Under the pieces are notes generated by a model. That model was not told the DNA's origin. It saw only the letters and a program-made list of their open reading frames with translations, and ran no database searches. Below are positions 18,220 to 27,233 of a stretch of 64,000 nt of DNA, piece after piece (positions within the stretch are counted from its first letter, which is position 1; every line of letters begins with the position of its first letter). Source of the stretch: Candidatus Wildermuthbacteria bacterium (GTDB taxonomy: Bacteria; Patescibacteriota; Minisyncoccia; Minisyncoccales; UBA10102). Location: assembly GCA_016186115.1 (NCBI GenBank), contig JACPMK010000003.1:26470-90469 (forward strand), read 5' to 3'. The position numbers and the translations under genes were made by a program.

Positions 18220-19055
18220 AAAGAAGAAAGAATTTGAATAAGATGGGTTTTGGCTTGGCCAAGATCTGATTGGGCGATGGGAAACAAGAGCCATTGTTCT
18301 TTTTGCTGCGCAGGAAAGGATTGGTTGATTTTTGCTCTGATTTCTGGCGAGGGAGACCAGAGCAATCCCCGATTTTTCTGTGGCTTCTCTTCGTATAGGA
18401 GAAGGTAAGAATAGTGAGAACCTATGCAGCGAATAAGGTATTGAATTGTAGCGGGCATTGTTTGAGGAGTTGTGTCTTGCGCCTCGAAATCCCCTCTGCT
18501 AAAGGTTCCGATATACAATGGTATGCCCGAGAGTTTTTCTGATTGCGCAAAGAGAGCCCCTGTGTATTCAAAAAGGCGTTTTTCTTGAGGTGAAAATCGC
18601 TGCAGCACCATCTCTTTTGCTTCAAGCGCATCCATGAGTACGGGGCCCGATTCCGACGATGTCGTTCCGTTGTCTCGCAGGGGGGAATGACCTACAATGA
18701 GAGTGAGATCGGAAGAGAAAATGGGCACGAGATGAACATTCTTTTCATCGAGTACCCCGTCGGAAAGCGAGAAATACAGCTTGAGATCTTTCTGATCCTT
18801 TTCATAGCGTACTCTTGAAATTCGGGGGGCTATGTCTTTCACGATAAGAGCAAATGTTTTTTCTTCTTCTTCCCGAATAGCTTCTGCGGGGAAGAGCAAC
18901 GTATCACTTTTTGTTCCTTCGATGCGTACCTGTTTTCCAAGTTGCCGCAGGCCGCAAAAGAGAGTGCACGCAATCTGAAGATCTCGTGGCGAAGCACCGG
19001 GAGGAAGCGATAAGGAAATCGTGCGAGCGGAAGTAAGAATGACCTCTTTGTTCAT
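18216..19055 (-). CDS. Hypothetical protein
   Basis: Track ORF, translationally coupled to pilB. No confident family. Confidence 0.5.
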   Translation of the reverse strand: MNKEVILTSARTISLSLPPGASPRDLQIACTLFCGLRQLGKQVRIEGTKSDTLLFPAEAIREEEEKTFALIVKDIAPRISRVRYEKDQKDLKLYFSLSDGVLDEKNVHLVPIFSSDLTLIVGHSPLRDNGTTSSESGPVLMDALEAKEMVLQRFSPQEKRLFEYTGALFAQSEKLSGIPLYIGTFSRGDFEAQDTTPQTMPATIQYLIRCIGSHYSYLLLYEEKPQKNRGLLWSPSPEIRAKINQSFPAQQKEQWLLFPIAQSDLGQAKTHLIQILSSL

Positions 19056-19554
19056 AGGAGAACATTTCCATAAAAAAGATTACTTCACCTTAACGCAAAG
19101 CCCTACGGAAGTCAATTTTATTTCCAATTCCCATACTTCAACGCAGAAAATGGGCGAGAACATTGCCCGCTTTTTGCTGCCATGTATTGGAAGAAGGAAA
19201 AGAGCAGTGGTCGTTGGATTGATCGGAGAACTTGGAAGCGGGAAAACAACGTTTGCGCAGGGATTTGCTAAGGGATTGGGAGTGAAAGAAAAGATATTGA
19301 GCCCCACGTTTCTTATTATGAGGAGTTATCAGCTTGCCGGTGAGCCAGTGCAGAGTTTCTATCATGTGGATGGGTATCGTCTTTCAAATCAAAAAGAATT
19401 GCTTTTGTTGGGGTGGAAAAAAATTACCGCTCTTCCATCGGCTTGTATTCTGGTGGAGTGGGCAGACAAGGTAAAGAGGGTTTTGCCAAGGGACACTATC
19501 TGGATTTCTTTCCGGGCGCTTGACAAAACAACAAGGAATATTAGCATTTCATGA
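19039..19554 (+). CDS. tsaE: tRNA t6A37 biosynthesis ATPase TsaE
   Basis: P-loop GELGSGKTTFAQG, SPTF motif, HVDGYRL. Start uncertain (ATG 19039 or TTG 19048). Confidence 0.8.
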   Translation: MTSLFIGEHFHKKDYFTLTQSPTEVNFISNSHTSTQKMGENIARFLLPCIGRRKRAVVVGLIGELGSGKTTFAQGFAKGLGVKEKILSPTFLIMRSYQLAGEPVQSFYHVDGYRLSNQKELLLLGWKKITALPSACILVEWADKVKRVLPRDTIWISFRALDKTTRNISIS

Positions 19555-21776
19555 AAAACGTTTTACTTATTATCGATTCAAATTCCTTAATTCATCGGGC
19601 ATATCACGCGCTCCCTCCGCTTTCGACTCAAAAGGGAGAACTTATTAATGCTGTCTACGGATTTTTGCAGATTTTTCTTCGATTGCTCAAAGAATTTCAT
19701 CCCCAATCAATTGCAGCCACGTTCGATCTCGATGGCCCGACTATTCGTTACCAAAAATTCCAAGCATACAAAGCAACGCGCCATAAAGCGCCCGATGAAT
19801 TGTATCGTCAAATCCCATATGTGCGCGACGTACTAAAGGTATTGCAAATCCCAATCTATGAAAAGCAAGGATTTGAGGCGGATGATGCGATTGGAACCAT
19901 CGTGCGGCAGGCAACCGAACAGTATCCTTCTCTTGAAATTATTATTGCGAGCGGCGATTTAGATACGCTGCAGCTCGTGAGCGATCGGGTGAGGGTATAC
20001 ACTTTGCGCAAAGGCATGGGGGATACTGTTTTGTACGACAAAGAAGGAGTTGCGAAACGATTTGGCGGGCTTAGCCCCTCCCAACTCCCTGATTACAAAG
20101 GACTATGCGGAGATGCTTCTGATAATATTCCGGGAGTCAATGGCATAGGGGAGAAAACAGCGATTCAGCTTTTGCAACGGTTCGGTTCCATTGAAGAATT
20201 GTACGCCTCCTTGGAGCGTGAAGACGAAAAAGCGCAAGCGATTTCTCCGGGCATTCGTACAAAGCTCTTGAAGGGAAGGGAGCAGGGATTATTTAGCAAG
20301 GAACTTGGAACGATCGAGAAAGCGGTTCCTATCTCTTTCGTGCTTCAGCAATTTTCTTTTGAGAATCTCTTCAAGCCCCAAGTTGCGCAAATGTTTCGTG
20401 AGCTTGAATTCCAGAAGCTTTTCCAGAGAATTCAGGAATTGAAAGAAGAGAAACGCGATGCACGGCAAAAAGAAACGTATGCCTCGCTCTATGAAGCCGA
20501 GGAGCAAATCTCTCAGATGTATCGCGAAGGCATTCTTTCTTCTCGTACGTTTTGTCTGGAGAAAAAACTTTTGCCGGTTCTGAAAGGGGCAGAGGAAATA
20601 GGAATGAAGATTGATGTTCCGTATTTTCAGCGGCTATCCAGCGAGGCGGCAAAAGAAATTGAAGAATTCCAGAAAACAATTTATCAAATCGCAGGCAAGG
20701 AATTTAACATGAATTCGCCACAGCAGCTTTCGAAAGTTTTATTTGAAGATTTGCAGCTTTCTCCTAAGGGGCTACGAAAGACCCCCGGAAGGGTTATTTC
20801 TACTGCCGCTCCCGAATTGGAAAAATTAAGACACGTTCACCCCATTATTGAGCGGCTGTTGGAATATCGGGAATTGCAAAAAATATTTACCACCTATATC
20901 AAAACCCTACCTTTGCTCGCAGACAGCAATTCAAGAGTTCATACCCATTTCCATCAGTTAGGCACTGCCACGGGCCGTATTTCTTCTTCGGAGCCCAATC
21001 TCCAGAATATCCCTATTCAGGGCGTGTGGGGCACGAAAATCCGCAAAGGATTTATTGCAGAACAGGGGTGGAAATTTGTTTCGTTTGATTACTCCCAGAT
21101 GGAGCTGCGTCTTGTAGCTCATATTTCCAAAGATCAGAACATGCAGGAGATTTTTGCCCAAGGAGCAGATATCCATCGTACCACGGCAGCGGAAGTGTTC
21201 GGTATTCCTCTTGAGCAGGTCACCAATGAAATGCGCTACAAGGCCAAGGCGTTGAACTTCGGCGTACTTTATGGCATGGGCGCGAATGGATTTGCCAGAG
21301 CAGCAGGAATTTCGCTAGAGGAGGCAGAAGAATTTATTGAAAATTATTTTTTGCAATTTCCCGGTATCAGAGAATATGTGGAGCATACCAAAGAATTTGC
21401 AAGAACGCATGGCTACGTGGAGACCCTGTGGGGAAGGAAGCGTTTTCTCCCCGATATTAACTCTCGCGTACCCCACTTGCGTTTTGCCGCAGAGCGCATG
21501 GCAATTAATCACCCCATTCAGGGGACTGCAGCCGATGTCATGAAAGAGGCAATGGCGCGCGCGTGGGAAAGCATATGCGGTTCTCAAGCCGGTTCGTGTC
21601 GTATGTTGCTTCAGATCCACGATGAATTGCTGTTCGAGCTCAAGGATGATATAATAACCCAAATTACTCCCGATATTCGGCGCATCATGGAGCGTGTTGA
21701 AACTTTTGCTGTCCCTCTACTTGTAGAAATGAAAATAGGAATTAATTGGGGCGAGATGCAAAAGTACCTTTCATGA
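19551..21776 (+). CDS. polA: DNA polymerase I (5' nuclease + polymerase domains, no 3'-5' exonuclease domain)
   Basis: 5'-nuclease motifs (FEADDAIGT, GDASDNIPGV) and polymerase motifs A (DYSQMELRL), B (RYKAKALNFGVLYG) and C (QIHDEL). Only about 45 aa lie between the nuclease and polymerase domains. Confidence 0.9.
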   Translation: MKNVLLIIDSNSLIHRAYHALPPLSTQKGELINAVYGFLQIFLRLLKEFHPQSIAATFDLDGPTIRYQKFQAYKATRHKAPDELYRQIPYVRDVLKVLQIPIYEKQGFEADDAIGTIVRQATEQYPSLEIIIASGDLDTLQLVSDRVRVYTLRKGMGDTVLYDKEGVAKRFGGLSPSQLPDYKGLCGDASDNIPGVNGIGEKTAIQLLQRFGSIEELYASLEREDEKAQAISPGIRTKLLKGREQGLFSKELGTIEKAVPISFVLQQFSFENLFKPQVAQMFRELEFQKLFQRIQELKEEKRDARQKETYASLYEAEEQISQMYREGILSSRTFCLEKKLLPVLKGAEEIGMKIDVPYFQRLSSEAAKEIEEFQKTIYQIAGKEFNMNSPQQLSKVLFEDLQLSPKGLRKTPGRVISTAAPELEKLRHVHPIIERLLEYRELQKIFTTYIKTLPLLADSNSRVHTHFHQLGTATGRISSSEPNLQNIPIQGVWGTKIRKGFIAEQGWKFVSFDYSQMELRLVAHISKDQNMQEIFAQGADIHRTTAAEVFGIPLEQVTNEMRYKAKALNFGVLYGMGANGFARAAGISLEEAEEFIENYFLQFPGIREYVEHTKEFARTHGYVETLWGRKRFLPDINSRVPHLRFAAERMAINHPIQGTAADVMKEAMARAWESICGSQAGSCRMLLQIHDELLFELKDDIITQITPDIRRIMERVETFAVPLLVEMKIGINWGEMQKYLS

Positions 21777-22363
21777 GGATTTCTCTTTTTTCTCTTCTTA
21801 GCATCATCGTCATTGTGACAATCAGCATCAACGCTTTTTTTCTTGCGTTTATTCCCGAGCATTACTCCATTTTTTTTGCGACCCTGCTTATTTTTTTTAA
21901 TATGAGCGCCGGGGCTTTGGTTGGATTTCTCTTGCAGCGTGGAATTTTTACCCCCTTAAAACGTATTCAGAAAAGTTTGGATGAGATCAAAAAAGATAAT
22001 TTCGATCTTCAGATGCCTGCGCCCTTTGCGCAAGAGCTGCGCGATTTTGTGGGATCAATTCAGGTACTGCTTCAAAAAATACAGCAGAGTAAAAAGGAGA
22101 CAGAAGAAGCCCGTGCGGTGCTTGAGATTCGGGTAGGGGCAAGAACAAGAGAGCTTCGGGAGCTGGCCGATTCTCTGGAAGGAAAAATACAGGAACGCAC
22201 GAAAGAGCTTCAGGGGCGCGTAAAGGAATTGGAACGATTCCAAAAACTTGTCGTGGGAAGAGAGCTTTGGATGAGAGATCTTAAGAGGAGGAACCGCGAA
22301 TTGCAGGCACGATTACGCAAGGAAACAGAGGAAAAATTTGAAGAAGCAAAGGTCGGCAGTTGA
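21773..22363 (+). CDS. Two-TM HAMP/coiled-coil protein
   Basis: The ATG at 21773 overlaps the polA stop (ATGA). Two TM helices, a HAMP-like segment, then a long R/E/K coiled coil. Confidence 0.6.
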   Translation: MRISLFSLLSIIVIVTISINAFFLAFIPEHYSIFFATLLIFFNMSAGALVGFLLQRGIFTPLKRIQKSLDEIKKDNFDLQMPAPFAQELRDFVGSIQVLLQKIQQSKKETEEARAVLEIRVGARTRELRELADSLEGKIQERTKELQGRVKELERFQKLVVGRELWMRDLKRRNRELQARLRKETEEKFEEAKVGS

Positions 22364-22387
22364 TTAACTTTTCCATCGTATTTCTTT

Positions 22388-22801
22388 ATGGAATTTACCC
22401 TTGATATTGCAAAAAAAATCGCAGAAGCATGCGAGAAAAAAGCTCGTCAAATGGGCATCCCCATGGTAGTCGCGATAGTTGATGCCGGAGGAAATGCGGT
22501 ATTGGTAGAGCGCATGGACGGAGCAATGCTTGCGGGCGTTCAGATCGCGCAGGATAAAGCGTATACTGCTGCTGCCACAGGATTCGATACTCATCAGATC
22601 GCGCAAATTTCCCAGCCCGGGCAGATTGCATATGGGCTTGCAAATACGGACAGAGGAAGGATCGTTATTTTTGGAGGAGGCATCGTCTTAAAGCAGGGCC
22701 AAAAAACAGTAGGTGGAGTTGGAGCAAGTGGAGGACTCGCGAATCAGGATCAAGAAGTTGCACAAGCCGGAGCGGATGCATTTGCCAAGTCAGAAAAATA
22801 A
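22388..22801 (+). CDS. GlcG/HbpS-like (DUF336) heme-binding protein
   Basis: 137 aa. Motifs VAIVDAGGN, IAQDKAYTAAA, GGGI and GVGASGG are typical of the family. Confidence 0.75.
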   Translation: MEFTLDIAKKIAEACEKKARQMGIPMVVAIVDAGGNAVLVERMDGAMLAGVQIAQDKAYTAAATGFDTHQIAQISQPGQIAYGLANTDRGRIVIFGGGIVLKQGQKTVGGVGASGGLANQDQEVAQAGADAFAKSEK

Positions 22802-22866
22802 TTTCCCCGTTTCGCAAGAGTAGTTATCTGTTTGGTTGTGCGCTTGCTTAACCATTCTTTTTTGCC

Positions 22867-25086
22867 ATGCCAGTAGCCAAGAAGTCAAAATCAGTATTGG
22901 CGGCGCTTGAACGCATCGCGTTTCATCTCCGTTTTCGGGGCAAGCTTGAGGACCTTCTGAATGATCTCACGCCATTTATTGGCGAGGCCTTTGGTGCGAA
23001 ATCAGTTGCAATATGGTTAGCTTCTGAAGATGGGAAATATCTTCGCATAGCAAGCTATTTTAATCTCACGCCCCAATTCGTTCAATTTTTTGCACAGCCC
23101 GAGCATTGGCCAAGACCCGGTCAGGGAGTCGTGGGGCGTTCTTTTGGAGAGAGGCGCATGTATGTAAAGCACGATCTTTTGAATCGCCCGGAAGTTCCAG
23201 AGACATGGAAAAACCTTCTTCGGAAGAAATATATCGAAGCGACGACATTGGTTTCCCATCCTCTTTTTGTGCAGAAAGACAAGCCCGTGGGGATCGTGAA
23301 CCTCTATTTTGCAGAAAAGAAAACATTTACTTCTCAGGAGCGCACTACTCTTAGTATTATTGCTTATCAATTGGGGGTCAGCATTGAAGGGCAGTCAATG
23401 TACAGTTCTTTGAGAGAAAATAGGGATGAATTGGTGCATGAGCGCGACCAGCTAGCCCATCTTCATCAGGCAGTGCAATCATTGAGGATCAGTGTTGAGA
23501 AGAATCTTTCTGAAATTCTCGATGAGCTGTCTGCCACCCTTGGGAAAGCGGTAGGGGCATCAGGGACTGCTATCTGGAAGGTAGCAGAGAAGGATCCCGA
23601 TTCCTTCCATATTTTTATGGCAAGCGGGATGAGCAAGGTATACGTTGATTACTTTAAGGGTCATCCCGTTCAGATATCATCTTTGGGCAGGTCCTCCCCG
23701 GTTGTTTTGGCGGCGCTAACTAAAAAGCCCGCTTTTGTTAATAATTTTTGGGATCCTGAAACAATAAAAAGATTCCCGCAAGGAATTCTCGATGCCATTA
23801 GCAAAGAACGCATTGCAACGGTCGCCTCCTTTCCTTTGTTTGATAAGGACGAGCTGTTCGGAGTTTTAAATTTTTATTTCGCAAAGGTTCATACGTATTC
23901 GCCAACTGAACGCTATATCCTGCAGGTAGCAGCAAATACCGTATCGATTGCAATCGAGAACACTGAATATCGCGAAGAACTTCAAGGAACTCAAAAGGCA
24001 TTGCTTAATATCCTTGAAGACGTTGATGAGTCAAGACAACGAGCCGAAGAAGAGCGTAATAAGACCCAGCTGATTATTGCCCATTTTGCCGATGGGCTTA
24101 TGGTTTTCAACGAACAAGGGCAGGTGGAGTTAGTCAATCCGCGGGCAGAGCAAATGCTGCGGCTTTCCAAGGAGCGCTTACTCCATAAGTCAACGGAGGA
24201 GTTGCGATCATTTCCTCAACTGAATTCCCTGCTTGCACTCCTCAAGGAGAAACCAGAAAGCGGATATCGCAAGGAATTCGAACTCTGGAAAAATACTTTT
24301 ATCGAGGTAAGCATTATTCTTCTCAAAGAGCGTGGGGGTGGCGAGGGAACGCTTCTCGTGGTGCACGATATTACCAGAGAGAAACAGATCGAGCGCTTAA
24401 AAACAGAATTTGTTTCTCTTGCTGCCCATCAGTTGCGTACTCCTCTTTCTGCAATCAAATGGACGTTGCGGATGCTTCTTGACGGAGATTTGGGGTCGCT
24501 CAACCCGGAACAGCGGGAGTTTATGGATAAAACCTATCAATCGAATGAACGCATGATCGCCCTGATTAATGATCTGCTCGACGTTACTCGCATTGAGGAG
24601 GGTCGGTATCTATATGCTCCCGGGCTGGCATCGATTGAGAAAGTGATTGAATCTGTGCTAGAATTATACAAAGAAGAGGCAAGGCGAAGAAATGTGGAAC
24701 TTGTCTTCCAGCGTCCCAAAGAGCAACTTCCTCAAGCGCTCGTTGATACGGGGAAAATCCAGTTAGCCATCGACAACCTTATTGACAATGCGCTACGTTA
24801 CAGCAGTGCTCAAGGCAAGGTGGTGGTGTCGATCGCGCAAGTCGGAGAAGAAATCAGGGTCAGTATTCAGGATGCCGGAGTGGGAATCCCGGGAGAAGAG
24901 CAAAAACGCGTATTTCAAAAATTTTTCAGAGCAAGCAACGCCCGAACCATCGATACAGAGGGGTCAGGGCTTGGGCTGTACCTCGTAAAGAATATCATCG
25001 AAGCCCACAAGGGGAGGGTGGAGTTTGCCTCCGAAGAGGGGAAGGGCACCACATTTTTCTTGACTATTCCCTTGGCAAAATCATGA
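22867..25086 (+). CDS. Sensor histidine kinase with two GAF-like domains and a PAS-like domain
   Basis: H-box FVSLAAHQLRTPL, N-box DNLIDNALRY, G-boxes DAGVGI and GSGLGLY. The N-terminal half has two GAF-like repeats. Confidence 0.9.
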   Translation: MPVAKKSKSVLAALERIAFHLRFRGKLEDLLNDLTPFIGEAFGAKSVAIWLASEDGKYLRIASYFNLTPQFVQFFAQPEHWPRPGQGVVGRSFGERRMYVKHDLLNRPEVPETWKNLLRKKYIEATTLVSHPLFVQKDKPVGIVNLYFAEKKTFTSQERTTLSIIAYQLGVSIEGQSMYSSLRENRDELVHERDQLAHLHQAVQSLRISVEKNLSEILDELSATLGKAVGASGTAIWKVAEKDPDSFHIFMASGMSKVYVDYFKGHPVQISSLGRSSPVVLAALTKKPAFVNNFWDPETIKRFPQGILDAISKERIATVASFPLFDKDELFGVLNFYFAKVHTYSPTERYILQVAANTVSIAIENTEYREELQGTQKALLNILEDVDESRQRAEEERNKTQLIIAHFADGLMVFNEQGQVELVNPRAEQMLRLSKERLLHKSTEELRSFPQLNSLLALLKEKPESGYRKEFELWKNTFIEVSIILLKERGGGEGTLLVVHDITREKQIERLKTEFVSLAAHQLRTPLSAIKWTLRMLLDGDLGSLNPEQREFMDKTYQSNERMIALINDLLDVTRIEEGRYLYAPGLASIEKVIESVLELYKEEARRRNVELVFQRPKEQLPQALVDTGKIQLAIDNLIDNALRYSSAQGKVVVSIAQVGEEIRVSIQDAGVGIPGEEQKRVFQKFFRASNARTIDTEGSGLGLYLVKNIIEAHKGRVEFASEEGKGTTFFLTIPLAKS

Positions 25087-25126
25087 GGCCCTTTGCCTAA
25101 CGCAAGCTATACAGTACAATAGAAGT

Positions 25127-25504
25127 ATGGATGCAAAAAAAATTTTACTTATTGAAGACGAGGAACTTCTTGCGGGAGTTTTGCAAAGGAAACTCCAGGA
25201 GAGCGGCTATGTGGTTACTGTTGCGCAGGATGGAGAAATTGGAATCGAAAAGGTAAGAAAAGAAAAACCCGATCTCATTCTGCTTGACATGCTGTTGCCC
25301 AAAAAAGATGGGATGGAAGTTCTTGAGGATATTCGTGGCGATGCTGAACTTTCTTATATTCCTGTCATTATTATTTCAAATTCAGGTCAGCCAGTGGAAA
25401 TCGAACGAGCCAAAGAATTGGGCGTTCAGGATTGGCTCGTGAAAACAGATTTTGATCCAAAAGAGGTCGTAGAAAAAGTAAATCGTTATCTTTTTTCCCA
25501 GTAA
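25127..25504 (+). CDS. Single-domain response regulator (receiver only)
   Basis: CheY-like DDE...D(LILLD)...S...K pattern, 125 aa. Confidence 0.9.
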   Translation: MDAKKILLIEDEELLAGVLQRKLQESGYVVTVAQDGEIGIEKVRKEKPDLILLDMLLPKKDGMEVLEDIRGDAELSYIPVIIISNSGQPVEIERAKELGVQDWLVKTDFDPKEVVEKVNRYLFSQ

Positions 25505-25508
25505 TGCT

Positions 25509-25889
25509 ATGGCAAGTATTTTGGTTGTAGAGGATGATAAGTTTTTGCGAGAACTCATCGTACAGAAACTTCTTAAAGAAGGATACGAGGTTTCTGAAGC
25601 GGTTGATGGCGAGGCAGGCGTAAAAAAGGTAAAAGAAGAGAACCCCAATTTAGTTCTTTTGGATTTGATTCTGCCGGGTATCGATGGCTTTGAAGTTTTG
25701 CGGCAGGTAAAAAGCGATGTCTCGACCGCAAAGACCCCGGTCATTATTCTTTCTAATTTGGGGCAGCAGGAAGATGTGGAAAAGGGAATAAAGCTTGGGG
25801 CAGTGGATTATCTTATCAAGGCGCACTTTACGCCCGGAGAGATCATTGAAAAAATCCGAACGATTATTGAAAACGCAGCAGCAAAATAG
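25509..25889 (+). CDS. Single-domain response regulator (receiver only)
   Basis: CheY-like pattern (VLLDLILPG, DYLIKAHFTP), 126 aa. Confidence 0.9.
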   Translation: MASILVVEDDKFLRELIVQKLLKEGYEVSEAVDGEAGVKKVKEENPNLVLLDLILPGIDGFEVLRQVKSDVSTAKTPVIILSNLGQQEDVEKGIKLGAVDYLIKAHFTPGEIIEKIRTIIENAAAK

Positions 25890-25926
25890 AGATACCTCCT
25901 CTTTCTTATTTGATTTTTGATTATTG

Positions 25927-25957
25927 CCGACTTCTTTTGCTCAAGTCGGATTTTTTT
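25927..25957 (+). terminator. Rho-independent terminator after the two-component genes
   Basis: CCGACTT-(9 nt)-AAGTCGG followed by A + T7. Confidence 0.7.
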
Positions 25958-25967
25958 ACCAATTTTT

Positions 25968-26927
25968 ATGATTATTCTTATTGCGGGTCCCGATACCTAT
26001 CGTTCGCGGCAGAAAATAAGGGCAATTATCAAGCGCTATCATCAGCTCTATCCGAGCGGATTTTATATGCACCAGTGGAATGGCCCGGAGATTGATGGTG
26101 AGGAGTTAAGGCGAGAACTTTTTACCCCCTCAATGTTTCAAGAAAAAAAGCTCTTTCTTTTTTTCAATTGCTTTGCGAGTCCTGTTCTCCAGGAATTCGT
26201 TATGAATTTGAAAGAAGATATGCTGAAGGGGAAAGGGATTGTTCTTATTTTTTTTGACGAGAATGCTCCCGTCTCCGCCCCCTTTCGTAAATTTCTTGAG
26301 CGACTTGCTGCGTTCGCTCAAGAATTTCCTTTTCTGAAAGGTGCCCAGCTGAATCAATGGATTAGAAAACGATTTCAAGCATATGGTATTGCCGGGATTT
26401 CTGCTTCTCTTATCGCGCAGCTTCAACAAGAAATTGGAGGAGATCTCTGGCGCATGGAACAGGAGATTCGCAAGCTCGCAGCATTTCTTCGGGCCCCTCG
26501 TCAAAAGGAAAGCAATTCTGATCTTAAGCTCCTATTGCCTTTCTCGATAGAGACAGATGCATTTCGCATCATTGATTGCATTGTGAAAAGCAAGAGTAAA
26601 GAAGGTCTGGCATTGCTGCGGGCGTATGAAGCGCAGGGCGTCTCCCCCTTTCCTCTTTTTTCTCTCCTTGGTTCTCAAATACGAAAAATGCTTGAGATAA
26701 AAGAAATGCAGCAGAATAAAAAACCATACGAAGAAATTCAAAAGAAAATGGCGCTCCACCCCTACGCCTTCAAAACCCTGTATGGGATGGCGCAGAATAT
26801 AGAATTTGGCAAAATAAAAGATCTTTATAAGAAGATCTTTGCGATAGACACCAACGTAAAGACAGGAACTCGAGAGCTTGAAGAATCTCTTGAGCTACTT
26901 GCTGTTGGTTTTGAGAGAATTAAATAG
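25968..26927 (+). CDS. holA: DNA polymerase III delta subunit
   Basis: The ATG at 25968 lies after the terminator. Size and N-terminal ILIAGPDTY pattern fit HolA. The longer track start at 25917 was rejected. Confidence 0.7.
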   Translation: MIILIAGPDTYRSRQKIRAIIKRYHQLYPSGFYMHQWNGPEIDGEELRRELFTPSMFQEKKLFLFFNCFASPVLQEFVMNLKEDMLKGKGIVLIFFDENAPVSAPFRKFLERLAAFAQEFPFLKGAQLNQWIRKRFQAYGIAGISASLIAQLQQEIGGDLWRMEQEIRKLAAFLRAPRQKESNSDLKLLLPFSIETDAFRIIDCIVKSKSKEGLALLRAYEAQGVSPFPLFSLLGSQIRKMLEIKEMQQNKKPYEEIQKKMALHPYAFKTLYGMAQNIEFGKIKDLYKKIFAIDTNVKTGTRELEESLELLAVGFERIK

Positions 26928-27170
26928 CCGGGTGAGACGCGATTTTTTTCTCGCAGCGGTATTTTTTTCTATAACTCTTCGTTTCGCGGCTTTATCGAGG
27001 ACTTGATAAAGCCGGGGAAGAAATTGCTTCGCCTCCTCGATATTTTTTTGGCCCGCAAGTTCTCTCATCTTTTTTACCGCTGTTCTAATCTCTTGCCTCG
27101 CCCCCCGATTTTTGAGCATTCTTCGTTTGCTTTGGCGAAGTGCTTTTTTTGCTGATTTTGTAATTGGCAT
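26895..27170 (-). CDS. rpsT: 30S ribosomal protein S20
   Basis: MPITKSAKKALRQSKRRMLKNR... is classic S20. Confidence 0.9.
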   Translation of the reverse strand: MPITKSAKKALRQSKRRMLKNRGARQEIRTAVKKMRELAGQKNIEEAKQFLPRLYQVLDKAAKRRVIEKNTAARKKSRLTRLFNSLKTNSK

Positions 27171-27233
27171 ACGCAACTATCCTATCACTGCCCCTCTCTT
27201 TTTGCAAGAGCCACGTCATACGTGGCAAGAGCA

